A DNA stretch of 64,000 bases from positions 3,634 through 67,633 of the forward strand of contig LHBX01000057.1 in NCBI GenBank assembly GCA_001704065.1, given 5' to 3'. Position numbers and translations under genes: made by a program. The DNA comes from Pelagibacteraceae bacterium GOM-A1. GTDB lineage: Bacteria; Pseudomonadota; Alphaproteobacteria; Pelagibacterales; Pelagibacteraceae. Below the pieces are notes generated by a model. It searched no databases. It saw nothing but the letters and a program-made list of their open reading frames with translations, and was not told where the DNA came from. Each line of letters opens with the position of its first letter. Position 1 is the first letter of the stretch. Positions 42,475 to 52,818 of the stretch are shown here, piece by piece.

Positions 42475-43311
42475 ATGTCAACAGAATCGAGTAGAGATGA
42501 TTTTATTATTGCTATTCGTTCAGCATTTTTAAAAAAAGGAAATAGACAAAAATTTTCTTTATTTACTCTATTAATCATATCTATTTTAGTATTATCATTA
42601 GAGTATTTTAAAACTGGACCAGTTAATCAATTTAGGTCAATTACAAAAGATATTATATTTAGAGGCTCATACGTTGTATCAAGCCCATTTAAATATGTAA
42701 AAGATAAATATTATCTCTTCCAAGATCATATGAGTATGTATGAAGAGTTTTCAGTTTTAAGAGATAAAGACCTAGACCTTGACTCACTTAGAAAAGAAGT
42801 TGATTTTTATAAATCAGAAAATGCTCTCTTAAAAAAATTGATAGAAGAAAGAGATCTCTTTTCCAAAGAGTATATGTTAACAAAGATTTTATTAGACAAA
42901 CAAAGTCCGTATTTAAAGTCTTTGATAATTAATAAAGGTCAAAAAAATGGAGTTAAATTAGGATCAGCTGTTAAAGATCGATTATATTACATTGGAAAGG
43001 TTGTAAATGTTAACTTTTTAAGCTCTAGAGTATTACTGGCTAATGATCTTAATAGTAAAATCCCAATCATTATTGAGCCAAGTGGCATCAATGCAATACT
43101 CTCAGGAAATGGAAATGATGAATATGCAGAACTAGAGTACTTACCGAAAGACAATGAAATAAAAGAGAACGAAATTGTGTATACTTCAGGTTCAGATGGC
43201 ACAATTCCAGCATCAATTCCTGTTGGAAAAATAATAATTAAAGATAATAAAAAGTATGTAAGGTTTTTTAGCAACTTAAATCAACTAAATTATGTACAGG
43301 TAAATAAGTAA
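42475..43311 (+). CDS. mreC: rod shape-determining protein MreC
   Basis: N-terminal TM helix, coiled coil, INKG..GV, VYTSG.DG..P..IPVG; operon position. Confidence 0.9.
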   Translation: MSTESSRDDFIIAIRSAFLKKGNRQKFSLFTLLIISILVLSLEYFKTGPVNQFRSITKDIIFRGSYVVSSPFKYVKDKYYLFQDHMSMYEEFSVLRDKDLDLDSLRKEVDFYKSENALLKKLIEERDLFSKEYMLTKILLDKQSPYLKSLIINKGQKNGVKLGSAVKDRLYYIGKVVNVNFLSSRVLLANDLNSKIPIIIEPSGINAILSGNGNDEYAELEYLPKDNEIKENEIVYTSGSDGTIPASIPVGKIIIKDNKKYVRFFSNLNQLNYVQVNK

Positions 43312-43312
43312 A

Positions 43313-43834
43313 ATGGCTAGAGGAGATACAAAATTTTATCAATTTTTGTTAAATGGTTTTCCAATTATTTTATTATTTTTCTTTGCTTTGACAGGTTATT
43401 CATTTTCATTTAACATATTTAAAATAAATATATCTTTTAATTTTATTCACTTAATTGTTTTTTATTGGGTTTTAAGGAAACCTGAAATGCTTGGTTATGG
43501 CCTTATTTTTTTTGCAGGTGTAATTAATGATGTTGTACAAAACCTACCAATTGGAGTTTCATCAATAAATTATCTTTTACTATGTGTCATTGCATCTTTT
43601 TTTAGGACTAGAACTTTAGTTCCTAATCTAATTTATGATTGGATACTATTCTTTATCGCAATATTAATTATTAGCTCAATTCATTTCTCAGTATTAGCAA
43701 TTTTTTTTGATGGAAGTATTAGTTATGGGGCTTTAATGTCAACTGCCTTTTTTTCATTTTTAATTTATCCAGCAGTGGCAAAATTATTCAATCAAATTTA
43801 TTTATTAGGTTTAAAGCAAGAAAATGTTGAATAG
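43313..43834 (+). CDS. mreD: rod shape-determining protein MreD
   Basis: Hydrophobic 173-aa protein with YW..R.P and G...D....P.G, between mreC and mrdA. Confidence 0.85.
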   Translation: MARGDTKFYQFLLNGFPIILLFFFALTGYSFSFNIFKINISFNFIHLIVFYWVLRKPEMLGYGLIFFAGVINDVVQNLPIGVSSINYLLLCVIASFFRTRTLVPNLIYDWILFFIAILIISSIHFSVLAIFFDGSISYGALMSTAFFSFLIYPAVAKLFNQIYLLGLKQENVE

Positions 43835-45773
43835 AGGGAGAAACATAGAGAAAGGCAGAGTTATAACAAGGAGGATGTTTATACTGGCTGCAGCAAAAAT
43901 ATTACTCTTCGCAGGTATTTCATCAAGATTATATAATTTACAAATTTCTGATAGAGAAAAATATGAAATTTTATCTGATAAAAATAGAATACGTGAATGG
44001 AAAACTCCTCCTCAGAGAGGAATAATTGTTGATAACTTTAATAAAGTACTAGCAAGCAACGATAGAGTTTTTCAGCTACACTTAATACTAGATGAAATTA
44101 ATGATTTTGATGTAACAATATTTAAAATTAAAAATATAATCGGATTAGATCAGTTTGAAATTAAAAAATTATATAAAAAGAAGGAAAGATTAAAACCTTG
44201 GGATACACTGGTAGTTTCGGACAATTTAACTTGGGAACAATTCTCAAAAATTAATTTATATTTACATGAATTAGAAGGTGCAAAACCTGTATTATCGACA
44301 TCCAGGTTCTATCCTTATGCAAATGACTTAGCACATATAGTAGGTTATGTTGGTGATGCTAGTCCAAAAGATCTTGAAAAACCAGAGATAAAAGAAAATT
44401 TTGTTCCAGGGCTAAAAGTAGGGAAATATGGAATAGAAAATTCTCAAGAGAAAATGTTAATAGGTAACTACGGTATTAAAAGATATGAAGTCAATGCATC
44501 TGGAAAAAGAATAAGCCAAATAGATTATATTAAAGAAAGACAAGGTAATAAAGTTAACTTAACTATAGATATAGAAATTCAAAAATATGCCCAAGAGCTG
44601 CTTAAAGGAAAAGCAGGTTCAATATGTGCAATGGACATATATACTGGAGAAGTTGTTACAATGGCATCATCACCAACCTATGATCCAAATAAATTTACAC
44701 ACGGAATTAATCAAAAAGATTGGCAAGAAATTAAAAATAATCCTCTAAAACCATTGATAAATAAGTCTATTGCAGGGCTTTATTCTCCTGGTTCAACTTT
44801 TAAGCCATTAGTTGCTTTAGCAGCTCTTGAATATGGAATATTAGATCCAAATAAAACAATAAGATGCAAAGGTCATAAGCATCCATATGAACTATATGGA
44901 GTTAAATATCATTGTTGGAAAAAAGAAGGTCACGGTTATATGAAGTTGAGAAATGCAATCAAACAATCTTGCGATATTTACTTTTATGAAATGGCAAGAT
45001 TACTAGGTGTTGATAAATTATCTATAATTGCAAAAAGATATGGGCTAGGGACTAATGTACTTGGAGATCTTTATAACGACGAAAAAAATGGATTGGTTCC
45101 AGATACTAAATGGAAGAGACGTGCATTGGAGCAAAGTTGGTATTTAGGAGAAACTGTTATCAATGGTATTGGACAAGGTTATATTCAAACTACACCACTA
45201 CAACTTTGTCTAATGACTGCACAAATTGCAAATGGAGGATATAAAATTAAACCTCACATCATAAAAGACGAGTCTATAAATTATAAGAACGTAATAAATA
45301 AAATAAAATTAGATCAATCTAATTTTCCATTGCATGAAAAAAATTACTTAGATGACATAAAAGTTGAATTTTATCAAAGAATGTATCACAAAAAGTCTAA
45401 TATTAATTTTGTTTTAGATGCAATGTTTGGCTCTACAAATGAGCAATATGGAACATCATACAAATCTCGTTATGATGATCCCAAATATCAATTTGCTGGT
45501 AAAACTGGAACATCGCAAGTTAGAAGAATAACTGATCTTGATAGAGAACTAGACTTAGATACTGATCAAATTGAGTATAAAAAAAGAGACCATGCATTGT
45601 ATGTTGCTTTTGCGCCATATAAGGATCCACGATATGCAATAAGTGTTATTATTGAACATGGAGGCTCTGGAAGTAAAGCAGCCGCTCCGCTTGCAAGCAA
45701 ATTGATCAAAAGAATTATCGACAGACATAAATTAAGAGAACAATTTAATAACGGAAATACAAGTTTAGCATAA
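43824..45773 (+). CDS. mrdA: penicillin-binding protein 2
   Basis: P.RG.I.D, active-site motifs STFK, SCD and KTG. Confidence 0.96.
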   Translation: MLNRGRNIEKGRVITRRMFILAAAKILLFAGISSRLYNLQISDREKYEILSDKNRIREWKTPPQRGIIVDNFNKVLASNDRVFQLHLILDEINDFDVTIFKIKNIIGLDQFEIKKLYKKKERLKPWDTLVVSDNLTWEQFSKINLYLHELEGAKPVLSTSRFYPYANDLAHIVGYVGDASPKDLEKPEIKENFVPGLKVGKYGIENSQEKMLIGNYGIKRYEVNASGKRISQIDYIKERQGNKVNLTIDIEIQKYAQELLKGKAGSICAMDIYTGEVVTMASSPTYDPNKFTHGINQKDWQEIKNNPLKPLINKSIAGLYSPGSTFKPLVALAALEYGILDPNKTIRCKGHKHPYELYGVKYHCWKKEGHGYMKLRNAIKQSCDIYFYEMARLLGVDKLSIIAKRYGLGTNVLGDLYNDEKNGLVPDTKWKRRALEQSWYLGETVINGIGQGYIQTTPLQLCLMTAQIANGGYKIKPHIIKDESINYKNVINKIKLDQSNFPLHEKNYLDDIKVEFYQRMYHKKSNINFVLDAMFGSTNEQYGTSYKSRYDDPKYQFAGKTGTSQVRRITDLDRELDLDTDQIEYKKRDHALYVAFAPYKDPRYAISVIIEHGGSGSKAAAPLASKLIKRIIDRHKLREQFNNGNTSLA

Positions 45774-46903
45774 TGTTAAGAGAGAGAATACAATCTAGTA
45801 ATTACAGTTTTATTGATAAATTAAGATCTATTGATTATTTATTGATATTATTAATCATTGCTATTGGATCAATTAGTGTATTTGCAATTTACTCAACAGA
45901 GGGAGGAAAATTTTCTTTTTATACTAAAAATCACATAATAAGATTATCTGTATTTTTTAGTTTATTTTTAGTCTTATCATTTGTCAGAGTTTCTACCTGG
46001 TATAAAAATGCTTACTTATTTTACATTGTTGGATTAGTTTTATTAATAACAGTTTTATTTTTTGGAATTTCAGCCTCAGGTGCAACAAGATGGATAAACT
46101 TATACTTTCTAAATTTACAACCGTCAGAATTAATGAAGATTGCAGTAATAATATGTTTTGCAAGATATTATCATAGAATTCAAAGTTCAGATATTCAAAG
46201 CTATAAATTTTTAATTCAACCAATTATTCTCTTAATCATTCCATGTTATCTTGTTATTCAACAACCTGATTTAGGAACTTCTATTTTAATCGCAGGTAGT
46301 GGTATCGCTATAATTTGGTTAGCAGGTCTTAATATTAAATATTTTGTTTATTCTGGATTGTTGTTATTAGTATCATTGCCTTTTGTTATTTCCGTTTTAA
46401 AACCTTATCAAAAGTCAAGAATTCTAACCTTCTTTAATCCTGATAGAGATCCCCTCGGAGCTGGATATCAAATAATTCAATCGAAAATAGCTATTGGATC
46501 TGGTGGTTTTTTTGGAAAAGGATATTTAAAAGGGACACAAAGTTATCTGGAATTTTTACCTGAAAAACATACAGATTTTATATTCACTTTATTTTCTGAG
46601 GAATTTGGATTTCTAGGATCAATAATCCTTTTGCTTCTGTATATATTGTTAATTTACAGAATAATTAATGTTGGATTGGTATCAAGAAGCTTCTTTGCAA
46701 AACTTTATTGCTTTGGTTTTGCTACCGCAATTTTCTTATATGTATTTGTTAACATAGCAATGGTTTTAGGAATGCTACCAATTGTCGGTGCACCATTACC
46801 TATAATGTCTTATGGTGGATCATCTTTATTATCTATAATGTTGGGCCTAAGTATTGTTATGAGTTGTAAAATATACAATCAGGAACAAATATCAGTATAC
46901 TAG
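45773..46903 (+). CDS. rodA: SEDS peptidoglycan polymerase RodA
   Basis: ATRW, QPSELMK, QPDLGT, GYQIIQS.IAIGSG, PEKHTDFIF, SYGGSS. Confidence 0.97.
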   Translation: MLRERIQSSNYSFIDKLRSIDYLLILLIIAIGSISVFAIYSTEGGKFSFYTKNHIIRLSVFFSLFLVLSFVRVSTWYKNAYLFYIVGLVLLITVLFFGISASGATRWINLYFLNLQPSELMKIAVIICFARYYHRIQSSDIQSYKFLIQPIILLIIPCYLVIQQPDLGTSILIAGSGIAIIWLAGLNIKYFVYSGLLLLVSLPFVISVLKPYQKSRILTFFNPDRDPLGAGYQIIQSKIAIGSGGFFGKGYLKGTQSYLEFLPEKHTDFIFTLFSEEFGFLGSIILLLLYILLIYRIINVGLVSRSFFAKLYCFGFATAIFLYVFVNIAMVLGMLPIVGAPLPIMSYGGSSLLSIMLGLSIVMSCKIYNQEQISVY

Positions 46904-48193
46904 CTATTTTCCATCTATAGCAACAATCGTTAAATCATCTTTTTGTATGTGGCCTGCTCCTAAAATATCATCTATCATAGTTTTAAGTCTATCGTTGATC
47001 GAAGTTGATTGATATTTTTTGATATAATTTTCAAAACCTTCTGATCCTAACATTTCCCCATTTGGATTTTTTATCTCTGTAATCCCATCTGTAAAAATGT
47101 ACATCGAGCTATTTTCGAAAGGTATAGTGTGCTCAGGATATTTTGTTTTAGGCATAATGCCTAGTGGAGGGCCAGCTTCTGAGAAATTACTAAAAGTTCC
47201 ATCAGCAGACAAAATCAAAGGTGGCTCATGACCTGCACTAGATAACAATAGCTCTTTTTTATTTGAATCGTATATTCCAATTAACATAGTAACAAACATC
47301 CCTCTTGAAATAGTTTCACATATCTCATTATTTAATTGAAATAGTAAATCAGATGCAGAAAAATTAGTTTTACTTAAACATCTATAAAGACTAGATGCTT
47401 TCGACATTAGTAGTGAAGATTTAATACCTTTTCCAGATACATCAGCAACACCAAATCCATATTTACCATCTCCTAAATCAGAAAAATTATAAAAGTCACC
47501 TGAAACAACTTTGGCAGGGATATTTATTCCAGATATAGGAAAGTCTTTCTCTTTATTTTTAGATAATAAGGATCTTTGAATTTCTCCAACAATTTCTACT
47601 TCTTTTTGAATTTTATTTTTTTCGACCATTTCTTTTGCCATCTTTGCATTTCTAATTGCTAAAGCAGCTGGCGCTGAAAGTGTTTCTAAAAGTTTTCTGT
47701 CATCTTCTATAAATAATTTGTCTTGAGTTTTCTTATTTAGACAATGAATGACTCCAATACATTCATTTGCAGCAATTAAAGGAGAACATAAAACTGAGTA
47801 GGTTGTAAAATTTGTTTTATTATCGAGGTCAAAATAAAATTCTGCTATTTCTCGTACATCTTTTCTAACGTTACCAACACGGATACACTTCCTTTGTTCG
47901 ACAGCTTTACCCATAACTCCATCTTTTAAATTTAGCTCATACTCATCTAAATAATCTTGATGTAATGATGCGATACATTCAAATTTTTTCTTGTCTTCAT
48001 TAATTAAAAATATATTGGCAGCTTGTGCATTTAGTCTTGCAATAATAACTCTAAGTGCATTCATTAGGGTATCATTCAAATCTAGAGATAAAGCGAAATC
48101 CTGATTCATTTTTGTGACCAGTTCTAGATCCACATTAACTTGTGAAACTTCTTTTTCTGGCTCGATAGGTTTTTTTGACTTAAAAAAGATCAT
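46904..48193 (-). CDS. GAF + PP2C/SpoIIE (RsbU-like) Ser/Thr phosphatase
   Basis: GAF domain ending A.AIRNA, coiled coil, then SGDFY, DVSGKG, AGHEPP, FTDGITE, DDLT. Confidence 0.9.
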   Translation of the reverse strand: MIFFKSKKPIEPEKEVSQVNVDLELVTKMNQDFALSLDLNDTLMNALRVIIARLNAQAANIFLINEDKKKFECIASLHQDYLDEYELNLKDGVMGKAVEQRKCIRVGNVRKDVREIAEFYFDLDNKTNFTTYSVLCSPLIAANECIGVIHCLNKKTQDKLFIEDDRKLLETLSAPAALAIRNAKMAKEMVEKNKIQKEVEIVGEIQRSLLSKNKEKDFPISGINIPAKVVSGDFYNFSDLGDGKYGFGVADVSGKGIKSSLLMSKASSLYRCLSKTNFSASDLLFQLNNEICETISRGMFVTMLIGIYDSNKKELLLSSAGHEPPLILSADGTFSNFSEAGPPLGIMPKTKYPEHTIPFENSSMYIFTDGITEIKNPNGEMLGSEGFENYIKKYQSTSINDRLKTMIDDILGAGHIQKDDLTIVAIDGK

Positions 48194-48322
48194 TTATTTA
48201 CTAGCAATTTAAACAATTTTTGATAAATTTTTCAACAATGGAGATTATCGTCTATACGCCAAATTTATATATTCATCTTCAAGATGCAGTTTTACTGGTA
48301 CAATATGTAATCGACGGATTAA

Positions 48323-48352
48323 TTCACATCTCATCAAACATTAAATTATAAT
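48323..48352 (+). promoter_or_regulatory. putative sigma70 promoter of the pilD-moxR operon
   Basis: TTCACA-N18-TATAAT, ending 9 nt before the GTG start. Confidence 0.45.
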
Positions 48353-48361
48353 CAAATTTAA

Positions 48362-49123
48362 GTGGACTTTATATTCGTAATAGTTTTTGGAGGACTATGG
48401 GGTAGTTTTGCAAATGTTTGCATATATAGATTTCCAAACAATGAAGGCGTTGTATCCGGAAGATCGTTTTGCCCAAATTGTAAAACAAAAATCAATTGGT
48501 ACGATAATATTCCTCTAATTTCTTATATTGTTCTAGGAGGAAAGTGTAGGAGCTGTAAAAAAAAAATATCCATTCAATACTTTATTGTAGAAACTTTAAG
48601 TATAATTCTATTTACTTCAATTTATTATAAATTTGGTGCTTCACTCACCACTTTATATTTAATAATACTTTCTCTATCCTTTTTAATTATTTTTTTTATA
48701 GATCTTAAACATTTTATAATTCCAAATGTTTTAACTTTTTTTTTAATGATAATAGGATTTATAAAATCTTTTGATCCAAATTTAAATTCAATGTTCCCCA
48801 ATTATATGAACTCTTTAATTGGAGGAATTTTTGGTTATGGAATTATATGGTCGATCATATTTATTTATAAGGCTATTAGAAAAAAAGAAGGAATGGGATT
48901 AGGCGATGCCAAGTTATTTGGAGCAATTGGATTTTGGTTTGGATGGGTATCTATTCCTTTTATAATATTTTTGTCTTCTATAACTGCACTTATTCATGTT
49001 ATTCCTAGTTTATTAAATAGATCAAAAAATATATCTTCACAAATTCCCTTTGGTCCGTATATCATTTTAGCCACATTGATATATGTTATTTTTGAAAGTA
49101 ATATTAAATCTTTAATATTTTAA
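48362..49123 (+). CDS. pilD: type IV prepilin peptidase/N-methyltransferase (A24)
   Basis: GSF.NVCIYR, RS.CP.C...I.WYDNIP, KCRSC, ID..H, GMG.GD.KL, IPFGP. Confidence 0.95.
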   Translation: MDFIFVIVFGGLWGSFANVCIYRFPNNEGVVSGRSFCPNCKTKINWYDNIPLISYIVLGGKCRSCKKKISIQYFIVETLSIILFTSIYYKFGASLTTLYLIILSLSFLIIFFIDLKHFIIPNVLTFFLMIIGFIKSFDPNLNSMFPNYMNSLIGGIFGYGIIWSIIFIYKAIRKKEGMGLGDAKLFGAIGFWFGWVSIPFIIFLSSITALIHVIPSLLNRSKNISSQIPFGPYIILATLIYVIFESNIKSLIF

Positions 49124-49135
49124 GGTAATATCAAA

Positions 49136-50023
49136 ATGATATTTAATGAAATAATAGCTAATACATCGAAAATTATAATTTCTAATGTAGATAAAATTAA
49201 ATTGACATTGGCTGCAATAGTTTCTGAAGGAAGTATTTTAATTGAGGACTATCCAGGATCAGGCAAAACAACATTTGCAAAAGCTATTACGCAAAATCTT
49301 GGTCTTAACTTTAAAAGGATACAGTTTACTTCTGATTTATTACCCAGTGATATTCTTGGATTTAATATTCTTTCAGATGGAAAGTTAAACTTTCAACAAG
49401 GTCCAATTTTTACAAATATAGTTTTAGCAGATGAACTTAATCGCGGAAGTCCAAAATCACAAAGTGCCTTCTTGGAGGCAATGGAAGAAAAAAATGTTTC
49501 AATAGATGGTGAAAGCTATAAACTGCCTGAACCATTTTTTGTTATTGCTACTCAAAATCCTATGGATTATTCAGGTACAAGTTCTTTACCAGATTCCCAG
49601 CTTGATAGATTTATGATTTCATTTTCTTTGTCTGATTTAAATGAAAACGATAAAATTTTGATGTTAAAAAATACAAGTAAATTAAATGGTGCTTCATCAA
49701 AAGCTGTTGATTGGGAGACAATTAAACAAAAAAAAAATCAACTAACCATAAAAGATGAAATTTTTAAATATGTTGTTGAAATAGAGCAAGTAATTCAAAC
49801 CCTTGAACAAAGGATTTATATTTCTGCAAGATGTTTAAAGCAAATCTTGGATTTAGCTAAGGGTTGGGCAATTATTCATGAAAAAGATTATGTAACTCAT
49901 CAAGATATTAAGGAAACTCTGCCTTACATATTAAGACATAGAATTAAATTTCTTAACCAGGAGGATAAAATGAGCTTCATTAATGAGGAAATACTTCAAA
50001 AAATTAAAATAACCAATGGTTAA
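49136..50023 (+). CDS. moxR: MoxR family AAA+ ATPase
   Basis: PGSGKT, RIQFTSDLLPSD, LADELNR, ATQNP, LP.SQLDRF. Confidence 0.93.
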   Translation: MIFNEIIANTSKIIISNVDKIKLTLAAIVSEGSILIEDYPGSGKTTFAKAITQNLGLNFKRIQFTSDLLPSDILGFNILSDGKLNFQQGPIFTNIVLADELNRGSPKSQSAFLEAMEEKNVSIDGESYKLPEPFFVIATQNPMDYSGTSSLPDSQLDRFMISFSLSDLNENDKILMLKNTSKLNGASSKAVDWETIKQKKNQLTIKDEIFKYVVEIEQVIQTLEQRIYISARCLKQILDLAKGWAIIHEKDYVTHQDIKETLPYILRHRIKFLNQEDKMSFINEEILQKIKITNG

Positions 50024-50936
50024 TCAGCTAGTACAGAGGTTAACGAACTTAGACTTTAAAAATTTAATCAATCTTAAAAAAAAACTTAAAGTTTACATAT
50101 ATCCCAATCTTCAAGGACTATTATTAGGACTGTTTGTATTTTTTTGCTTTTTAATATCTGTATTTTATGAAAATAACTCAGGACTTCTTATTTCAATTGT
50201 TATTTTCTTTATTTTCTTTATTTCAATTTTTATCTCACATCAAAATATTAACAATTTAAGAATAAATTTTCTAACAGAATACTTAGTTGAAGCAAATAAA
50301 ACAGAACATATAAACTTTAAGATAATTAATGATGCAAAAGAGAAAAAATTAAATATCGATTTAGAGATCAATAAATCAATTTTACAAAATTTTAATTTAT
50401 CAGATAAAATAAAAGAATTTAATATAAAATATAATTACGACAAAAGGGGCGTCTATTCTTTAAATAAAATAATTTTAAAATCGATATATCCATTTGGAAT
50501 AATAAGGACAAAAATAAATTATCAACCTTTTAGTAAAGTATATGTATTTCCACAAAAATTAATTCCTAATCAAGAATTATTACAAGAATTTAAAATTCAC
50601 CAAAATAATAATTCTGATGAATTTGACGGTATAGATGAATACAAGAAAGGAGATAGTTACTCAAAAATCGCTTGGAAAAAATCAACTATTGGAGACAAAA
50701 AATTTGTAAAAGAATTTAAGTCTTTTAAAAGCTCGAAAAAATCAATCCTAGATTTAAATAAATACAGTCATATAGAATTTGAGAAATTATTAAGTTACTC
50801 AGTATTTATTTTAGATTATTATTTCACAAAAAGTCTAAATTTAACCTTTAAACACAAAGATAGTGTGTTCAATTTAAACGAAAATAAAAACTCTCTAAAT
50901 AAAATTTTAAAGTATATTTCAAATGTTAAAAATTAA
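50016..50936 (+). CDS. DUF58 domain protein
   Basis: Two N-terminal TM helices, S.YPFG, EFDGIDEYKKGD...IAWK.S; follows moxR. Confidence 0.82.
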   Translation: MVNQLVQRLTNLDFKNLINLKKKLKVYIYPNLQGLLLGLFVFFCFLISVFYENNSGLLISIVIFFIFFISIFISHQNINNLRINFLTEYLVEANKTEHINFKIINDAKEKKLNIDLEINKSILQNFNLSDKIKEFNIKYNYDKRGVYSLNKIILKSIYPFGIIRTKINYQPFSKVYVFPQKLIPNQELLQEFKIHQNNNSDEFDGIDEYKKGDSYSKIAWKKSTIGDKKFVKEFKSFKSSKKSILDLNKYSHIEFEKLLSYSVFILDYYFTKSLNLTFKHKDSVFNLNENKNSLNKILKYISNVKN

Positions 50937-52818
50937 ATCGCAAAATATTAGTCTTCTTACTTATATTATATTATTTTTTTGCTTAGTTTCGTTGTCTACA
51001 GATTTAATATTAACTAATAAAATATTTTGGGGCACTTTATTTTTTTTAAGTTTTATTTTTTCAAAAATACACTTTAAGTTCAAGTCCATAGCAGTTGGAG
51101 TATTTGCTTTGGGAGCTCTATATATTCAATTGATTTTCAATCAATATGTTTTGTCCGAAGATTTTTTTCTAAACTGCCTTGGAGTTTTGCTAATAATAAA
51201 GTTCTCAGAACTTAAAAATAAAAATAATCTTTTGTCATATAATTTAATCTCTATGATTATTGCTGTAGCAAGTTTAATTAAGGGTCAAGATATACTAAGT
51301 ACATTAAACTCCTTTCTAATCTTAATACTTTTAGTTGTTAACATGTATCTTATTCAACAAAAGGAAATTCTCGATTTCAGTTTAAAAAATATTTTAAAAT
51401 ATTTAGGATTTGCTCTTAGTATATTTCCGATTATTATTATTTTTTATCTTGTATTTCCTAGGGCAGAGGTAAATTTCAGATTATTTGATACATCTGCAAG
51501 CTCAGTAGGTATTCCAGATAGCATAGATCTTGGTTCATTTAGCCAGTTTTCGAACTCAGACGAAGAAGTTTTTACTTTAATAAATAACAATTTTAAGAAG
51601 GAGGATCTTTATTTTAGGGTCAAAATCTTTGATTATATGGAAAAAGATCAATCTTGGAGACCTTCCTCAAGTTACTATCTTTTTAGTGAATTTAAAAATT
51701 CTTTGAGAATAAATGGTAATGAAGATTTAAATAAAAATTATCAGATTATTTTAGAACCATATAAAAAAAAATGGATACCGAGTTTAAAAAACTCAAAATT
51801 AGTCACTAATGATATTCAAATTACAAAAGATTATTTTAACCAGTCTTTTGTAAGTAGGGAACTAATTGACAGAAAGAAGAAATTAATTTTTAAAATGAAT
51901 AAATCTGATTATTCTTTGGATAACCCACTAAAAAATTATTATACTTTGTTACCAGAAAATGTATCCCCAAAAATAAAAGAATGGGTAAATAAAAATAATG
52001 TAAGTACCAAAGAAGAATTCATTGAAAAAATTTATAAAAGATTTTCTGATGGATCATATTTTTACAACCTTAGTCCTCAGATAAACTCAAATAATAAATA
52101 TGAAAACTTTTTCTTTAATTCTAAAGAAGGATACTGCGAATATTATGCAGGAATGTTTGTCTTACTTACAAGATTAGCACAAATTCCAAGTCGGATAGTG
52201 ACAGGTTACTATGGTGGAGATTTAAATGAGATTGGGAATTTTTTCCAATTTAAACAAAAAGATACGCATGCTTGGGCAGAAGTTTGGTTTGATGAAAGAG
52301 GGTGGGTTAGAATTGATCCAACTAGGGCAATACCTAATTCTAATATTAGAAACTCATTAAATAATTATTTTGTAAATAATGATAAATTTTCAAGCTCGAT
52401 ATTTTCTAATAATTTTTTTAAAACAATTAATTTTTATTTTAACTATGTTGATTTTGTATGGACTCAACATTTACTATCATATGATGATAATGAAAGAAAA
52501 AATTTTATAAAAGAATTACTAAATTTAAATTTTTCAAAAATCATTGTTTGGATATTCGTACCAATATTATTATTTGTAAGCATAAAATTATTATATAATT
52601 TCAATTCAACTAATTTGATGAGGCTAAAATTAGCTTTCATTCTTCTAGGAAAGAAAAGAAAACTTCAAATAAAAAATTCGGATACTATCCAAGAGATTTA
52701 TCTTAAACTTATGGAAAAAGATAAAACAAAATACCAAAATTTTTTTAAATTTTACGAGAAGCAGATCTACTCAAATAACCAAATAAGTTTTATAAAAGTT
52801 TTAAAGTTAGTTTTTTAA
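50923..52818 (+). CDS. TgpA-like membrane transglutaminase-superfamily protein (DUF3488 + transglutaminase domain)
   Basis: N-terminal multi-TM region, FPR, YFR, catalytic triad GYCEYYA / HAW.EV / DPT. Confidence 0.88.
   Translation: MLKIKSQNISLLTYIILFFCLVSLSTDLILTNKIFWGTLFFLSFIFSKIHFKFKSIAVGVFALGALYIQLIFNQYVLSEDFFLNCLGVLLIIKFSELKNKNNLLSYNLISMIIAVASLIKGQDILSTLNSFLILILLVVNMYLIQQKEILDFSLKNILKYLGFALSIFPIIIIFYLVFPRAEVNFRLFDTSASSVGIPDSIDLGSFSQFSNSDEEVFTLINNNFKKEDLYFRVKIFDYMEKDQSWRPSSSYYLFSEFKNSLRINGNEDLNKNYQIILEPYKKKWIPSLKNSKLVTNDIQITKDYFNQSFVSRELIDRKKKLIFKMNKSDYSLDNPLKNYYTLLPENVSPKIKEWVNKNNVSTKEEFIEKIYKRFSDGSYFYNLSPQINSNNKYENFFFNSKEGYCEYYAGMFVLLTRLAQIPSRIVTGYYGGDLNEIGNFFQFKQKDTHAWAEVWFDERGWVRIDPTRAIPNSNIRNSLNNYFVNNDKFSSSIFSNNFFKTINFYFNYVDFVWTQHLLSYDDNERKNFIKELLNLNFSKIIVWIFVPILLFVSIKLLYNFNSTNLMRLKLAFILLGKKRKLQIKNSDTIQEIYLKLMEKDKTKYQNFFKFYEKQIYSNNQISFIKVLKLVF

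Noticed and set aside
48238-48351. 37-codon ORF (MEIIVYTPNLY...) in the phosphatase/pilD spacer
   Set aside because: No SD, no recognisable motif, and it overlaps the predicted pilD promoter; no support for translation.
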